Shown: piece by piece, positions 50,288 through 60,250 of the stretch
How the letters are laid out: the number at the start of each line of letters is the position of its first letter
Numbering within the stretch: the stretch's first letter is position 1
Origin: an uncultured Actinomycetota bacterium
GTDB taxonomy: Bacteria > Actinomycetota > Actinomycetes > Streptosporangiales > Streptosporangiaceae
Assembly: GCA_963809195.1 (NCBI GenBank)
Contig: CAWEIQ010000007.1
Span: 19,209 to 83,208 of the forward strand
Direction of reading: 5' to 3'
Length of the DNA stretch: 64,000 bases
Translations under genes and position numbers: made by a program
The notes under the pieces: model-generated
Told to the model about the DNA's origin: nothing
Databases searched by the model: none
What the model saw: the letters and a program-made list of their open reading frames with translations, nothing else

Positions 50288-51985
50288 ATGACCACCAGCC
50301 CGAGCCTGGCTGCTCCCGGCCGTGCCGCGGCCGTCGACACCAACCGCGTCGTGGACATCAAGGGTGCCTTCGGCTCCATCTCTGCCGAGGACACCGGCGC
50401 CCGGCGGTCGGTGCCAGCCAAGCTGAAGACGCTGCTTGCGATCGTCGGTCCCGGCGTGATCGTGATGGTTGGCGACAACGATGCCGGGGCGTTCTCGACT
50501 TACGGGCAGGCAGGTCACACCTACGGGACCAAGCTGCTGTGGACGTTCTTGCTGCTGGTTCCCGTGCTTTACGTGAATCAGGAGATGGTGCTCAGGCTGG
50601 GCGCCGTCACCGGCGTTGGTTACGCCAAGCTGATCCTCGAGCGGTTCGGCCGGTTCTGGGGCGCGTTCAGCGTGCTGAACTTGTTCATCTTGAATGCGCT
50701 GACGATCGTGACGGAGTTCATCGGCATCGCGCTCGCCGCAAGCTATCTCGGCGTGCCGAAGATCGTCGCGGTCATCCTGGCCAGCCTTGTGATCGTGGTA
50801 GCCGCCTCGACAGGCAGCCTGCGGCGGTTCGAGCGGATGGCGATGGCGTTGTGCGCTGGATCGCTGCTGCTCGTGCCGCTGTACGTGCTGGCGCACCCGC
50901 CGGCAGGCCAGGTGGCGACCGGCTTCGTGATCCCGTCGATCCCCGGCGGCGGCGGGCAGCTGGGCACCGTGATGCTGCTGATCATCGCGATCGTCGGCAC
51001 AACGGTCGCGCCCTGGCAGCTGTTCTTCCAGCAGTCCTACATCATCGACAAGCGGATCACGCCGCGCTTCATGCGGTACGAGAAGGCCGACCTGTGGATC
51101 GGCATCGTCGTCGTGGTCATCGGCGGCGGCGCGCTGATGGGCGCGACCGCTGCGGCGTTCGCTGGCGCCAGGCACGGCCAGTTCACCGATGCCGCCGGCC
51201 TGGCCACAGGGCTAGCCGCCTACGCCGGCCACGCGGCCGGCGCGCTGTTCGCGGTCGCCCTGCTCGACGCCTCGATGATCGGCGCGTTCGCCGTCTCGCT
51301 CTCCACCGCCTACGCGGTCGGTGACGTGCTCGGGCTGAAGCACTCGCTGCACAGGGGCGTGAAGCAGGCCAAGGGCTTTTACGCGATGTACGCGGCACTG
51401 ATCGCGCTGGCGGCGACGATCGTGCTGATTCCCGGCTCGCCGCTCGGCCTGATCACGGTGGGCGTCCAGGTGCTGGCCGGCGTCCTGCTGCCAAGCGCGA
51501 CCGTCTTCCTGCTGCTGCTCTGCAACGACAAGGAAGTGCTCGGCCCCTGGGTGAACAACCTGCGGCACAACGTCGCGGCCGGCATCGTGGTCGGCGTGCT
51601 CGTGATGCTCTCGGCGATCCTGATGATCTCGGTCGTGTTCGGCAAGGTCTCCGCCGGTGAGGTTATTGGCATCCTGGCTAGCTGCGCGATCGCTGCCGCA
51701 GCGACCGGCGGATTCCTGGCCGTCCGCGCCTGGCGGCGTCGCACCTCACCGCGCCTTGCGGCTCTCGCACCACGAGCGGTCGTGCGAGGAGGAGCGGTGC
51801 CAGCGGCCCGGCGGTCCGAGGAGCGCGAGAAGCGTGAGAACTGGCGGATGCCGCCGCTCGCGATGCTCAAGCCCGCGCCGATGTCTCTCGCGCGCACGGT
51901 CGGCATGTCGGCCATGTACGTGTACCTCGCCGTGGCGATCATCCTGGTGATCGTGCGGGTCGCGGAGATCGCCCTCGGCCACTAG
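50288..51985 (+). CDS. Nramp-related transporter with a Mg-type site (NRMT-like), copy 2
   Basis: ATG 50288 follows GAAAGGGG. GDNDAGA and GTTVAPW occupy the two metal-site positions. Intact, and downstream of the M-box. Confidence 0.85.
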   Translation: MTTSPSLAAPGRAAAVDTNRVVDIKGAFGSISAEDTGARRSVPAKLKTLLAIVGPGVIVMVGDNDAGAFSTYGQAGHTYGTKLLWTFLLLVPVLYVNQEMVLRLGAVTGVGYAKLILERFGRFWGAFSVLNLFILNALTIVTEFIGIALAASYLGVPKIVAVILASLVIVVAASTGSLRRFERMAMALCAGSLLLVPLYVLAHPPAGQVATGFVIPSIPGGGGQLGTVMLLIIAIVGTTVAPWQLFFQQSYIIDKRITPRFMRYEKADLWIGIVVVVIGGGALMGATAAAFAGARHGQFTDAAGLATGLAAYAGHAAGALFAVALLDASMIGAFAVSLSTAYAVGDVLGLKHSLHRGVKQAKGFYAMYAALIALAATIVLIPGSPLGLITVGVQVLAGVLLPSATVFLLLLCNDKEVLGPWVNNLRHNVAAGIVVGVLVMLSAILMISVVFGKVSAGEVIGILASCAIAAAATGGFLAVRAWRRRTSPRLAALAPRAVVRGGAVPAARRSEEREKRENWRMPPLAMLKPAPMSLARTVGMSAMYVYLAVAIILVIVRVAEIALGH

Positions 51986-52612
51986 GTCAGCGGCTGCCGG
52001 CGGAGCGGCCTTGTGCGCGGGCCGCCCGCCTGGCGGGCCGCCCGCCGCTCCCGCCGGTTGCGCCAGAACCGGCGGATCCGCGACGCCAGGAAGATGACCG
52101 CGATCAGGCCGAACACGAGCAACGCCCCGGCGATCAGCGCCGCGGGCACCGGGTGCATCAGCGCGAAGACCACCAGCCCGGCCACCGTGGCATTCTCGAG
52201 CAGGCTGACGATGATGTTGCTGAATGGCTCGGGGCTGGTGTTCACGCCCATTCGCACGCCGCTCTTGATCAGGTGAGTCACCAGAGCGGTTCCGCCTCCC
52301 ACGGCGGCGGCGGCCGCCTGCGGCAGCGTGTGCGCGTGCCCGGCTAGCAATGCGCCGATCGCGCGCGCCGGCGATCGGGCGAACCACGGTGTGCACGATG
52401 TCGGAGGCGGAGTCCAGGTACGGGATCTTGTCCACGACGAACTGGATGCAGAACAGCACGCCGGCCGCGATCAGCACATCGGTACGCTCGAGCGTCGGCG
52501 GAACGGCGCCCATGTGCGCGTACCTGCCGAGGAGCCCCATCAGGAGCACGACCGCGTAGGCGTCGATCCCGCTGGCCCAGCCGCTGGTGAAGATAAGAGG
52601 TATCTCTGACAC
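51982..52612 (-). pseudogene. DUF4126-family membrane protein, one frameshift
   Basis: The N-terminus (GIDAYAVVLLMGLLGR...VDKIPYLDSASD) is in ORF 51746..52612 and the C-terminal TM segments in ORF 51982..52350. The junction is near 52355. Confidence 0.65.
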
Positions 52613-52766
52613 CCGATGGCCCCCTCGCGCCGAGCCGCCGTCGGCTTTACTTGGCTGCGGCGGGCTTTACTAAATGACCGGATCGGACGCTAGACACGCC
52701 GATCGTATGCGAGCTATGGGCACTACTTCTATGGTTCGTGTACTCCCTTCTAAGACCGAGGTCACG

Positions 52767-53183
52767 ATGCTGAATCTGGACAATCCCAAGCACGCAGCAG
52801 CCGATGCGCGGCTGAGGCAGGAAACGATCATCTGGCTGACGACCGTCGATGCCGAAGGCCAGCCGCAGTCCTCGCCGGTCTGGTTCCTCTGGGACGGCGC
52901 AGAGTTCCTTATCTACGGGTCGGCGGACGGCAAGAAGACCCGCAACATCCAGGCCAATCCGATGGTGGGCCTGAACCTGGACGGGGACGGCCAGGGCGGC
53001 GGCGTCGTCGTCGTCGAGGGAACGGCCAGGATCGACCCGCAGGGCCCGGCCGCCGACGCCGTCGCGGATTTCGTCGCGAAGTACGGACAGCGGATCGAGT
53101 CCTACGGCTGGACGCTCGAAGGCTTCGCCAGGGACTACCCGCACGTCATCCGCGTGACGCCAACCCGCGCGAGGATCTGGTAG
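52767..53183 (+). CDS. PPOX-class (probably F420-dependent) split-barrel oxidoreductase
   Basis: IIWLTTVDAEGQPQSSPVWFLWDG...NIQANPMVGLNLDGD. The start is taken at MLNLDN. Confidence 0.7.
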   Translation: MLNLDNPKHAAADARLRQETIIWLTTVDAEGQPQSSPVWFLWDGAEFLIYGSADGKKTRNIQANPMVGLNLDGDGQGGGVVVVEGTARIDPQGPAADAVADFVAKYGQRIESYGWTLEGFARDYPHVIRVTPTRARIW

Positions 53184-53230
53184 CGCTCGCGCCTGGCCGC
53201 GGTCGCGGCTGGCCGGTCAGCGCTGGCCGG

Positions 53231-54561
53231 TCAGGCCCGAACCGCGCCGGTCACCAGCCAGCGCGAGCCGTGCGCCCGCCAGGTGAGCGTGACGAACCTG
53301 GCCGCCAGCCAGGCCGAAAGCGCGAGCCACAGGCCGAGCAGCCCGGCGCCGGTCAGCACCGACGATCGTGGCGGCGATCCCGAAGACGGCCGTGGACAGC
53401 AGCCCGGCCACGGCCAGGTAGTCCTGGTCACCGGCGCCGATCAGCACGCCGTCCAGGACGAAGACCACTCCGGCTACCGGCTGCCCCACGGCGACCACGA
53501 CGCAGCACCACGAGCAGCAGGTGCGCCACGGGCGGCGCCGCCGCGAAGAGCCCGGGCAGCAACGGGCGCGCCGCCAGCGTCAGGACGCCGAACACCACGC
53601 CGCACCAGAGGCCCCACCAGATCATCCGGTTGGTCGCCGACCGCGCTCCGGCCACATCTCCCGCTCCGAGGTACTTGCCGGTGATCGCCTGGCCGGCGAT
53701 CGCGATCGCGTCGAGCGCGAAGGCGAGCAGCGACCAGATCCGGAAGGCGACCTGGTGCGCGGCGATGGCCGCGTTCCCCTGCCGCGCCGCGATCGCCGTC
53801 GCGGCGATGAGGACCACCTGTAGCGCCAGCGTCCTCAGCACCAGGGCAGCGCCCGTCCTGGCCGCGGTCTTCAGCCCAGGCAGGTCGATGCCCAGCCGGA
53901 CGCCTGCCCGCTTGGCGCCGGTCGCCACCATGGCCAGATAGGCCCCCGCGGCGCCGTACTGGGCGATCACGGTTCCCCATGCCGAGCCCGCGATGCCCCA
54001 GTGCAGGCCGAGCACGAATGTCGCGTTGAGCACGACGTTCACGACGTTGGCGAGCACGGAAACGACAAGCGGGGTTCTCGTGTTCTGCAGCCCGCGCAGG
54101 ACGCCGGTACCGGCCAGAACGGTCAGCATGGCCGGCGCCGCGAGCAAGCTGATGCGCAGGTAGGTGACCGCGCCAGCGGTGACGCCCGCCGAGGCGCCGA
54201 ACGCGCGGACGATCGGGGTCGCGAGCGGCAGTCCGACGGCGAGCACCGCCACGCCTATCGCCCCGGCAAGCCACAGCCCGTCGATGCCCTGCCTGATCGC
54301 TGCCTGGCGGTCACCAGCGCCGAGTTGCCGGGCGACCGCGGCGGTCGTTCCGTAAGCGAGGAAGATCGAGAGATTGACCAGCGCCGTCAGCGCCTGTGCG
54401 GCGACTCCGAGGCTGCCGAGCGGCGCGGTGCCGAGCCTGCCGACGATGGCCGCGTCCGCGAGCAGGAACAGCGGCTCGGAGATGAGCGCACCGAATGCTG
54501 GTATCGCCAGCCGCAGGATCTCGGCGTCCGGGCGGTCGACCCTGGTAGAACGGTTGGCCAT
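53231..54561 (-). pseudogene. MATE-family efflux transporter (DinF-like), 2 frameshifts near the 3' end
   Basis: ORF 53428..54588 covers about 10 TM segments. The last TMs are in ORF 53217..53498 and then ORF 53231..53431. Confidence 0.8.
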
Positions 54562-54701
54562 GCCCGGCACCCTCCGGCTCGCAGTCACGTAACTGACTAT
54601 TGCTGATTAGACAGTCACACCATAAGAGCCCTTTAGTCACTGGTCAAGTCGTTTTCAGCAGTTACGTTCACTGTGCCGCCGCCGAACGCGTCAGCCCATC
54701 G

Positions 54702-55840
54702 TCAGGCGACGACGCCGCTGCCACGCAGTCCGGAGATCTCGGCCTCGCCAAGCCCGAGTTCGCCAAGCACCGCGTCGGTGTCGGCGCCCGCCCTGACAGG
54801 CGGCTTCTGGCCTGTCCGCGGCGGTACGTGCGAACCTGGGCGCCGGCTGTGGCTGAGACACGCCGCCGACCTCGGCGAATACGGCCCGGGCCGCGTTGTG
54901 CGGATGCCCGGAAACCTCGGCAGCCGACAGCACAGGAGCTACGCAGGCGTCGGTGCCGGCGAACACGTCGGCCCACTCGTCCCTGGTGCGCTGCGCGAAG
55001 ACCTCGGTGAATCGCTCGCGCAGGACCGGCCAGCCGGAGAATGTCCATCTGCGCGGGCAGGCCGGCGTCGGTGAGCCCGAGGCCGGCCAGCAGCGCCGCG
55101 TAGAACTGGGGCTCAAGCGCCCCGACTGCGACGAACTTGCCGTCCGCGGTGGCGTAGGTGTCGTAGAACGGCGCGCCGCCGTCGAGCAGGTTCACGCCGC
55201 GCTCGTCCCGCCACGCGCCGCGCGCCCGCAGCCCGTAGATGAACGACGACAGCAGGGCCGAGCCGTCCACCATGGCGGCGTCGACCACCTGGCCGAGACC
55301 CGATCGCTGCCGCTCGACCAGCGCTGCCAGCACCCCGACCGCGAGCAGCATCCCGCCGCCGCCGAAGTCGCCGACCAGGTTGAGCGGCGGAACCGGCCGC
55401 TCGCCTGCCCGCCCGATGGGGTGCAGCGCGCCGGAGATGGCGATGTAGTCGATATCGTGCCCGGCCGTCGGCGCGAGCGGCCCCTCCTGGCCCCAGCCGG
55501 TCATCCTGGCGTAGATCAGCGCCGGGTTGCGCTGCGCGCAGACCTCGGGCCCGAACCCGAGCCGCTCGGTCACGCCCGGCCGGAAGCCTTCGACCAGCAC
55601 GTCGGCGCCGTCGATGAGCCGCAGCAGCAGGTCAAGACCGGCGGGGTCCTTCAGGTTCAGCCCGACCGAACGACGGCCCCTGGTCAGCGGATCGACAGGG
55701 GCTGGCAGCCCAGGGCGGCAGCTCTCTGGCCGCTCGACCCGCAGCACGTCGGCGCCGAGATCGGACAGGACCATGCAGCCGAACGGCGCGGGCGCCAGGC
55801 TCGCGATCTCCACGACCCGTACTCCGTTGAGCGGTCCCAT
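54702..55840 (-). pseudogene. Family III CoA-transferase (CaiB/BaiF; alpha-methylacyl-CoA-racemase-like), 2 frameshifts
   Basis: [28 protein letters not shown] and GHDIDYIA are in ORF 54668..55840. The middle piece is in ORF 54691..55116. The C-terminus (...[23 protein letters not shown]) is in the third frame and stops at 54702. Confidence 0.8.
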
Positions 55841-55998
55841 CGGCTACCTCCCGCAGAGCCTCATGACCGGTTCGGTAACCGGACGCACGCGCACTGTCCG
55901 CCGCCAGCCCGGTCTAGCGCATCGTAATCGCCCATACCGCCCACCAGTAGCCAGCCCGGCTTCAGATCAGCGGGCAGCTGGCCGCCGGCCACCTCGCG

Positions 55999-56060
55999 GA
56001 AGAACACCGATGTGCCATCGGGTGTTTTCTTAGAACCCCGATGGCACATCGGGGTTCTTC
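55999..56060. repeat. 62-bp palindromic element, two inverted ~29-bp arms
   Basis: gaagaacaccgatgtgccatcgggtgttttc-tta-gaaccccgatggcacatcggggttcttc. Each arm is itself a small hairpin. It belongs to the same family as 33021-33075. Confidence 0.5.
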
Positions 56061-56146
56061 GCCGCGAGCGGCGGCGCGCACGCGAGGAGATACGAGAGCA
56101 ACAGTTCCGTCGCGCGTCCTGTTCGAGCCGCGACGGCACGCAGCTG

Positions 56147-57065
56147 TCATGGCGGAGCGGCTGGCCAGCCAGGAGTTGTCTGGATCGTGCCATCACGGCG
56201 GACCAGCCTGGCTGGCAGGCCGCTGGCGGCGAGCCATGCGGGCGCCGCGGCGCTCCTGATGATGGCGGCGGTGCTCGCGATGTTGGCGTCGGCGCAGGTC
56301 GCTGCCGCGACGCTGACGGTTCGCCAGACCGAGTCGGCAGGCGCACCGGTCCGCGGGTCGATGATGTGGTGCATCGCGCGACGTCCGACCGTCCACGTCC
56401 TGACCGTGGTGCTCGAGGTGGCCAGGCCGCCTGAGCTGATCGCGACCGTCTGACCCGGCGCGTCGGACGGGGCAGCGTGATCGTCGGTGACGCGGACTCG
56501 CCAGCCGTCGCCGGGCGGCAGCCCGGCGACGGCCACGTCCCCGCCAAGACTGACCAGCACGCCGCATCCCAGCCGGTCGGCGATCTGACCGGCGCAGTAG
56601 TCGGCTGCCCAGGCCTTGGCGGTTGCGCCGAGATCGAGCTGTGCCCCTTTGGCGAGCCGGACGGCGGGCCTGACCGGGTCGAGTTCCACGCTGCGCCAGC
56701 CGGGGACCGGGCCCGCCGCCGCGGTCGGCGCGGCAGATCCACCCAGGAGTTCGCCGAAGTCTCGGTCGTAGCCGGCCGCGACCAGCGCCTGCCCGCATGT
56801 GGGGTCGACGTCTCCACCGGTCAGCTCGGCGGCCCGGAGCGCCTCGGCGACCAGCGCCGCGAACAGCTCGCTCACGGCAGGTGAGTTCCCCGTGGGCCCG
56901 GTTAAGCCTGGAGAGCTCTGAGTCCGTGCGGAACCTGCTGCACGCCAGGTCGACGGCCGCGAGCGCCGCGTCGGCGATCGCGCGGGCCCGGCCGAGCGCG
57001 CCGGGGTCGGTGACCACGAGGACGGCGGTCGTGCCGAAGACCTGGAAGGAGTCCGTGGCGATCAT
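56147..57065 (-). pseudogene. FAD:protein FMN transferase (ApbE), one frameshift
   Basis: The N-terminus (FGTTAVLVV...SRFRTDSELSRLN) is in ORF 56193..57065. The rest, with LDLGATAKAWAAD and IIDPRTG, is in ORF 56147..56875. Confidence 0.8.
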
Positions 57066-57075
57066 GCCGAGCAGG

Positions 57076-57712
57076 TCATCGTTGGGCCGTCATCCGTGGG
57101 CAGGTCATCGCTCGGCGGGTCAGCGCTGGGCAGGCCTGGCTGGGCGGCGGCAGTGCTGGGCCGGCAGGCCGGTCGCCCGGCGCCTCGGGCTCGGTGAGCC
57201 TGGCGAACGCGCGCAGGTTGGCCAGGCTCTCGCCGCGCTTGACGCGCCAGGCGTACTCCCGGCGGATCGACGAGGCGAAGCCGAGCATCAGCGCCTGGTC
57301 GAAGTTGTCGTCGGAGTAGCTGAGCACGCAGCCGAGCAGCCGGTCGATCTCATCGGTCGTGATCGTCGCGAGCGGCAGCCTGCCGACCAGGTGAACGTCG
57401 CCCACCGGGTCGAGCGCGAAGTGAATGCCGAACATCCGGCTGCCGCGCTCGAGCAGGAACCGGTAGAACTCGGCGTGATTCTCGTCCGGCTGGCGGCAGA
57501 AGAACGCCTCGACGTGCAGGCTGTGCGTGTCGGCGATCAGCCAGGTCATCGTGACGAGCTTGTGCTGGCCCTCGAGCCGGACCAGGAATGCCCCCGGCTG
57601 CGGCGAGGTGAAGCTGACCTCAAGGTCGGTGAGGATGTCGCCGAAGCTTCGCGGCTGCCTCCGCGGGGTACTCCCGCTCGGCTGGAACCTGGCCCGCCGG
57701 ATCCGCGCTCAC
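57076..57712 (-). pseudogene. YbjN-domain protein (Rv0487-like), one frameshift near the 5' end
   Basis: The core is in ORF 57076..57549. That frame runs upstream without any start codon back to the mshA stop. A GTG at 57712 overlaps that stop (GTGA) in the neighbouring frame, and the two frames join near 57630. Confidence 0.65.
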
Positions 57713-58983
57713 GCGTCGACCGTGGCGGCGACCTCACTCATAGCGTCACCGTACACGGCAAGCAGGTTGTCGACGGTCGAAGCCCAGCCGAACCCGGAGG
57801 CGTGCTTCCTGGCGCCGCGGGCCAGCCTGGCCAGCCAGCTCGAGCTGCCGATCAGCTCGGCGATGGCGCTCGCGTAGTGCGCCGGGTCGTGGCCGTCGAT
57901 CAGCACCCCGGACACGCCGTTCTGGACGGCGGTGCGCAGGCCGCCTGCCGCGGCGGCCACCACCGGCGTCCCGCAGGCCTGCGCCTCCACGGCAACCAGG
58001 CCGAAGGACTCGGAGTACGACGGCACGACCACGAGCGTTGCTGCTCGGTACCAGTCGGCGAGGTCCCGCTGCGGGCACGGCGGCTCGAGCCTGATGTTCC
58101 GCGAGATGCCGAGCGCGGAAGCCAGCTCGGTCAGGCTGTCCGGGTCGTTGCGGCCGGTCCCGCTCGGCCCGCCCACGAACGCCACGACCAGCCGGTCGGC
58201 GAGCTTCGGCTGGTCCCGCACGAGCTGAGCTGCAGCGCGCAGCAGCACGTCGGGCGCCTTGAGCGGCTGCACCCGGCCGGCGAACATCAGCACGATCGCG
58301 TTCGGCGCGATCCCGAGGCGCCGCCTGGCCAGCCGCTGCGAGCCGGGCCGGAACAGCGCGAGGTCGACGCCCGGGCTGACCGAGGCGACCCGGCCTGGCG
58401 AGGCGTCGTAGAGCTTGATCAGCTCCCGCGCCTCGGCGTCGGTGTTCGCGACGATCCGGTCAGCGCTGGCGATGACCTCGGCTTCGCCGCGGATCCTGAT
58501 GTCGGGCTCGGCCGCGTCACCGGCGGCGAGAGCGGCGTTCTTGACCCGGCCGAGCGTGTGCATGGACTGCACGAGCGGCACGCCCCAGCGCTCCTTGGCA
58601 ACGGCACCGACCTGGCCTGACAGCCAGTAGTGGCCGTGCACGAGGTCGTACCTGCCCGGCGCGTGGGTGGCCTCCTCGCGCAGGACCTCGAAGGTGAACT
58701 GGCAGAGCTGGCCGGGGAGATCGGACTTGTCCAGATCCTCGAAGGGGCCGGCCTCTATGTGCCTGACCAGGACGCCAGGTACGAGCTCGACGACGGGCGG
58801 CTGGTCACGCGACACGGCGCGCGTGAAGATGTCCACTTCGACGCCCTTGGCCGCCAGGAGCTTGGCGACCTCGACGACATAGACGTTAAGACCGCCGGCA
58901 TCACCTGTCCCTGGCTGCTCCAGCGGAGACGTGTGAACGCTGATGGTCGCGACTCGCTGCGGGTAGCGACGCGGCACTGGCAT
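57709..58983 (-). CDS. mshA: D-inositol-3-phosphate glycosyltransferase (mycothiol biosynthesis)
   Basis: GT4 fold with VATISVHTSPLEQPGTGDAGGLNVYV. The mshA, ybjN, gpm, senX3, regX3 order matches Rv0486-Rv0491. The start is chosen at ATG 58983 within ORF 57709..59253. Confidence 0.9.
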   Translation of the reverse strand: MPVPRRYPQRVATISVHTSPLEQPGTGDAGGLNVYVVEVAKLLAAKGVEVDIFTRAVSRDQPPVVELVPGVLVRHIEAGPFEDLDKSDLPGQLCQFTFEVLREEATHAPGRYDLVHGHYWLSGQVGAVAKERWGVPLVQSMHTLGRVKNAALAAGDAAEPDIRIRGEAEVIASADRIVANTDAEARELIKLYDASPGRVASVSPGVDLALFRPGSQRLARRRLGIAPNAIVLMFAGRVQPLKAPDVLLRAAAQLVRDQPKLADRLVVAFVGGPSGTGRNDPDSLTELASALGISRNIRLEPPCPQRDLADWYRAATLVVVPSYSESFGLVAVEAQACGTPVVAAAAGGLRTAVQNGVSGVLIDGHDPAHYASAIAELIGSSSWLARLARGARKHASGFGWASTVDNLLAVYGDAMSEVAATVDA

Positions 58984-59139
58984 ACACCTCCGAGACGGAT
59001 GAACCCGAAAGTTCGCCGTCATGTTCCCGGCCAGGTTATTTCGGGCGAGGCAGTCCTCGGTCCCGTCCGTGGCCAGCTGGGCCGGCGCCTGCTCGCGGGC
59101 TTGCTGAGGCGGCCCGAATAGGCGCGATACGCTCAGCCC

Positions 59140-59883
59140 ATGGCCACCCTGGTGCTGCTCCGCCATGGCGAGAGCGTGTGGAACGCGGAGGGACTCTTTA
59201 CCGGCTGGGTGGACGTCGGCCTGTCCAAGCAGGGCCTGGCAGAGGCCGAGCACGCCGGCGAACTGCTCGCCGCGAGCGGGCTACGGCCGCGGATCGTGCA
59301 CACGTCAGTCCTTACCCGCGCGATTCAGACGGCCAATGCCACGCTCGACACCGCGGACCTGGCTTGGCTGCCGGTCCGCCGGTCGTGGCGGCTGAATGAG
59401 CGGCACTATGGCGCCCTGCAGGGCAAGAACAAGGCCCAGACCAGGGCTGAATACGGCGATGATCAGTTCATGGCCTGGCGCAGGTCCTACGACGTCCCGC
59501 CGCCGCCGATCGCCGACGACGACCCGCTATCGCAGGCCAGCGACCCGCGTTACGGGCTGCTCACCGATGACGTGCTGCCGCGGACCGAGTGCCTGCGCGA
59601 CGTCGTGTGGCGGATGCTGCCTTACTGGCACGACGCGATCGTGCCCGACCTTGCGACTGGCCAGACGGTGCTGGTCGTCGCGCACGGGAACTCGCTCCGC
59701 GCGCTGGTCAAGCACCTGGACGGGATCGGCGACGCAGAGATCGCCGGGCTGAACATCCCCACCGGGATCCCGCTGGTCTACGAGCTCGACGACGAGTTCA
59801 GGCCGCTGACGCCGGGCGGCGCCTATCTCGATCCCGAGGCGGCCAGGGTCGCGGCGGAGGCCGTCGCCAACCAGGGCCGATGA
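59140..59883 (+). CDS. gpmA: 2,3-bisphosphoglycerate-dependent phosphoglycerate mutase
   Basis: [23 protein letters not shown]..., [21 protein letters not shown]. Intact 247 aa. Confidence 0.95.
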   Translation: MATLVLLRHGESVWNAEGLFTGWVDVGLSKQGLAEAEHAGELLAASGLRPRIVHTSVLTRAIQTANATLDTADLAWLPVRRSWRLNERHYGALQGKNKAQTRAEYGDDQFMAWRRSYDVPPPPIADDDPLSQASDPRYGLLTDDVLPRTECLRDVVWRMLPYWHDAIVPDLATGQTVLVVAHGNSLRALVKHLDGIGDAEIAGLNIPTGIPLVYELDDEFRPLTPGGAYLDPEAARVAAEAVANQGR

Positions 59884-60250
59884 TCGCAGACCGACGATCA
59901 AGTGACGAGAAGGCGGACCGTGGCCGGGCAGCTTGCGTCGCACGCGCCGACCAGCGCTATCCCGCTACATGAACGCCGGAGAGAGGCCTCATGAACTCTC
60001 CGCGAATTGATGTCGGCCAGCAAGCTGCGCAGATGCGTCGCGAGAAGGCTCTACGCATACCATCAAAGCGTGGATGTGGGGGTGATTGCGGTCAGACGTG
60101 CCTGCTTGGCCGTGTGGCCCGCCGAGGCCGGCGGATGAGCGCTCGGGCCTCGGCGCACCTGAACGGCGCCGCACCGGGGTCCGCCAAGTCCGCGGGCGCA
60201 GCGCCGGAATCTGCTCACATCCGATCAGGCCCCCGACGTAGCCGATTCCC

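Noticed and set aside
55861-56817. 318-aa minus-strand ORF overlapping apbE
   Set aside because: It is out of frame with the ApbE motifs (LDLGATAKAWAAD lies in ORF 56147..56875) and is Pro/Arg/Ser-rich. It is an alternative-frame artefact.
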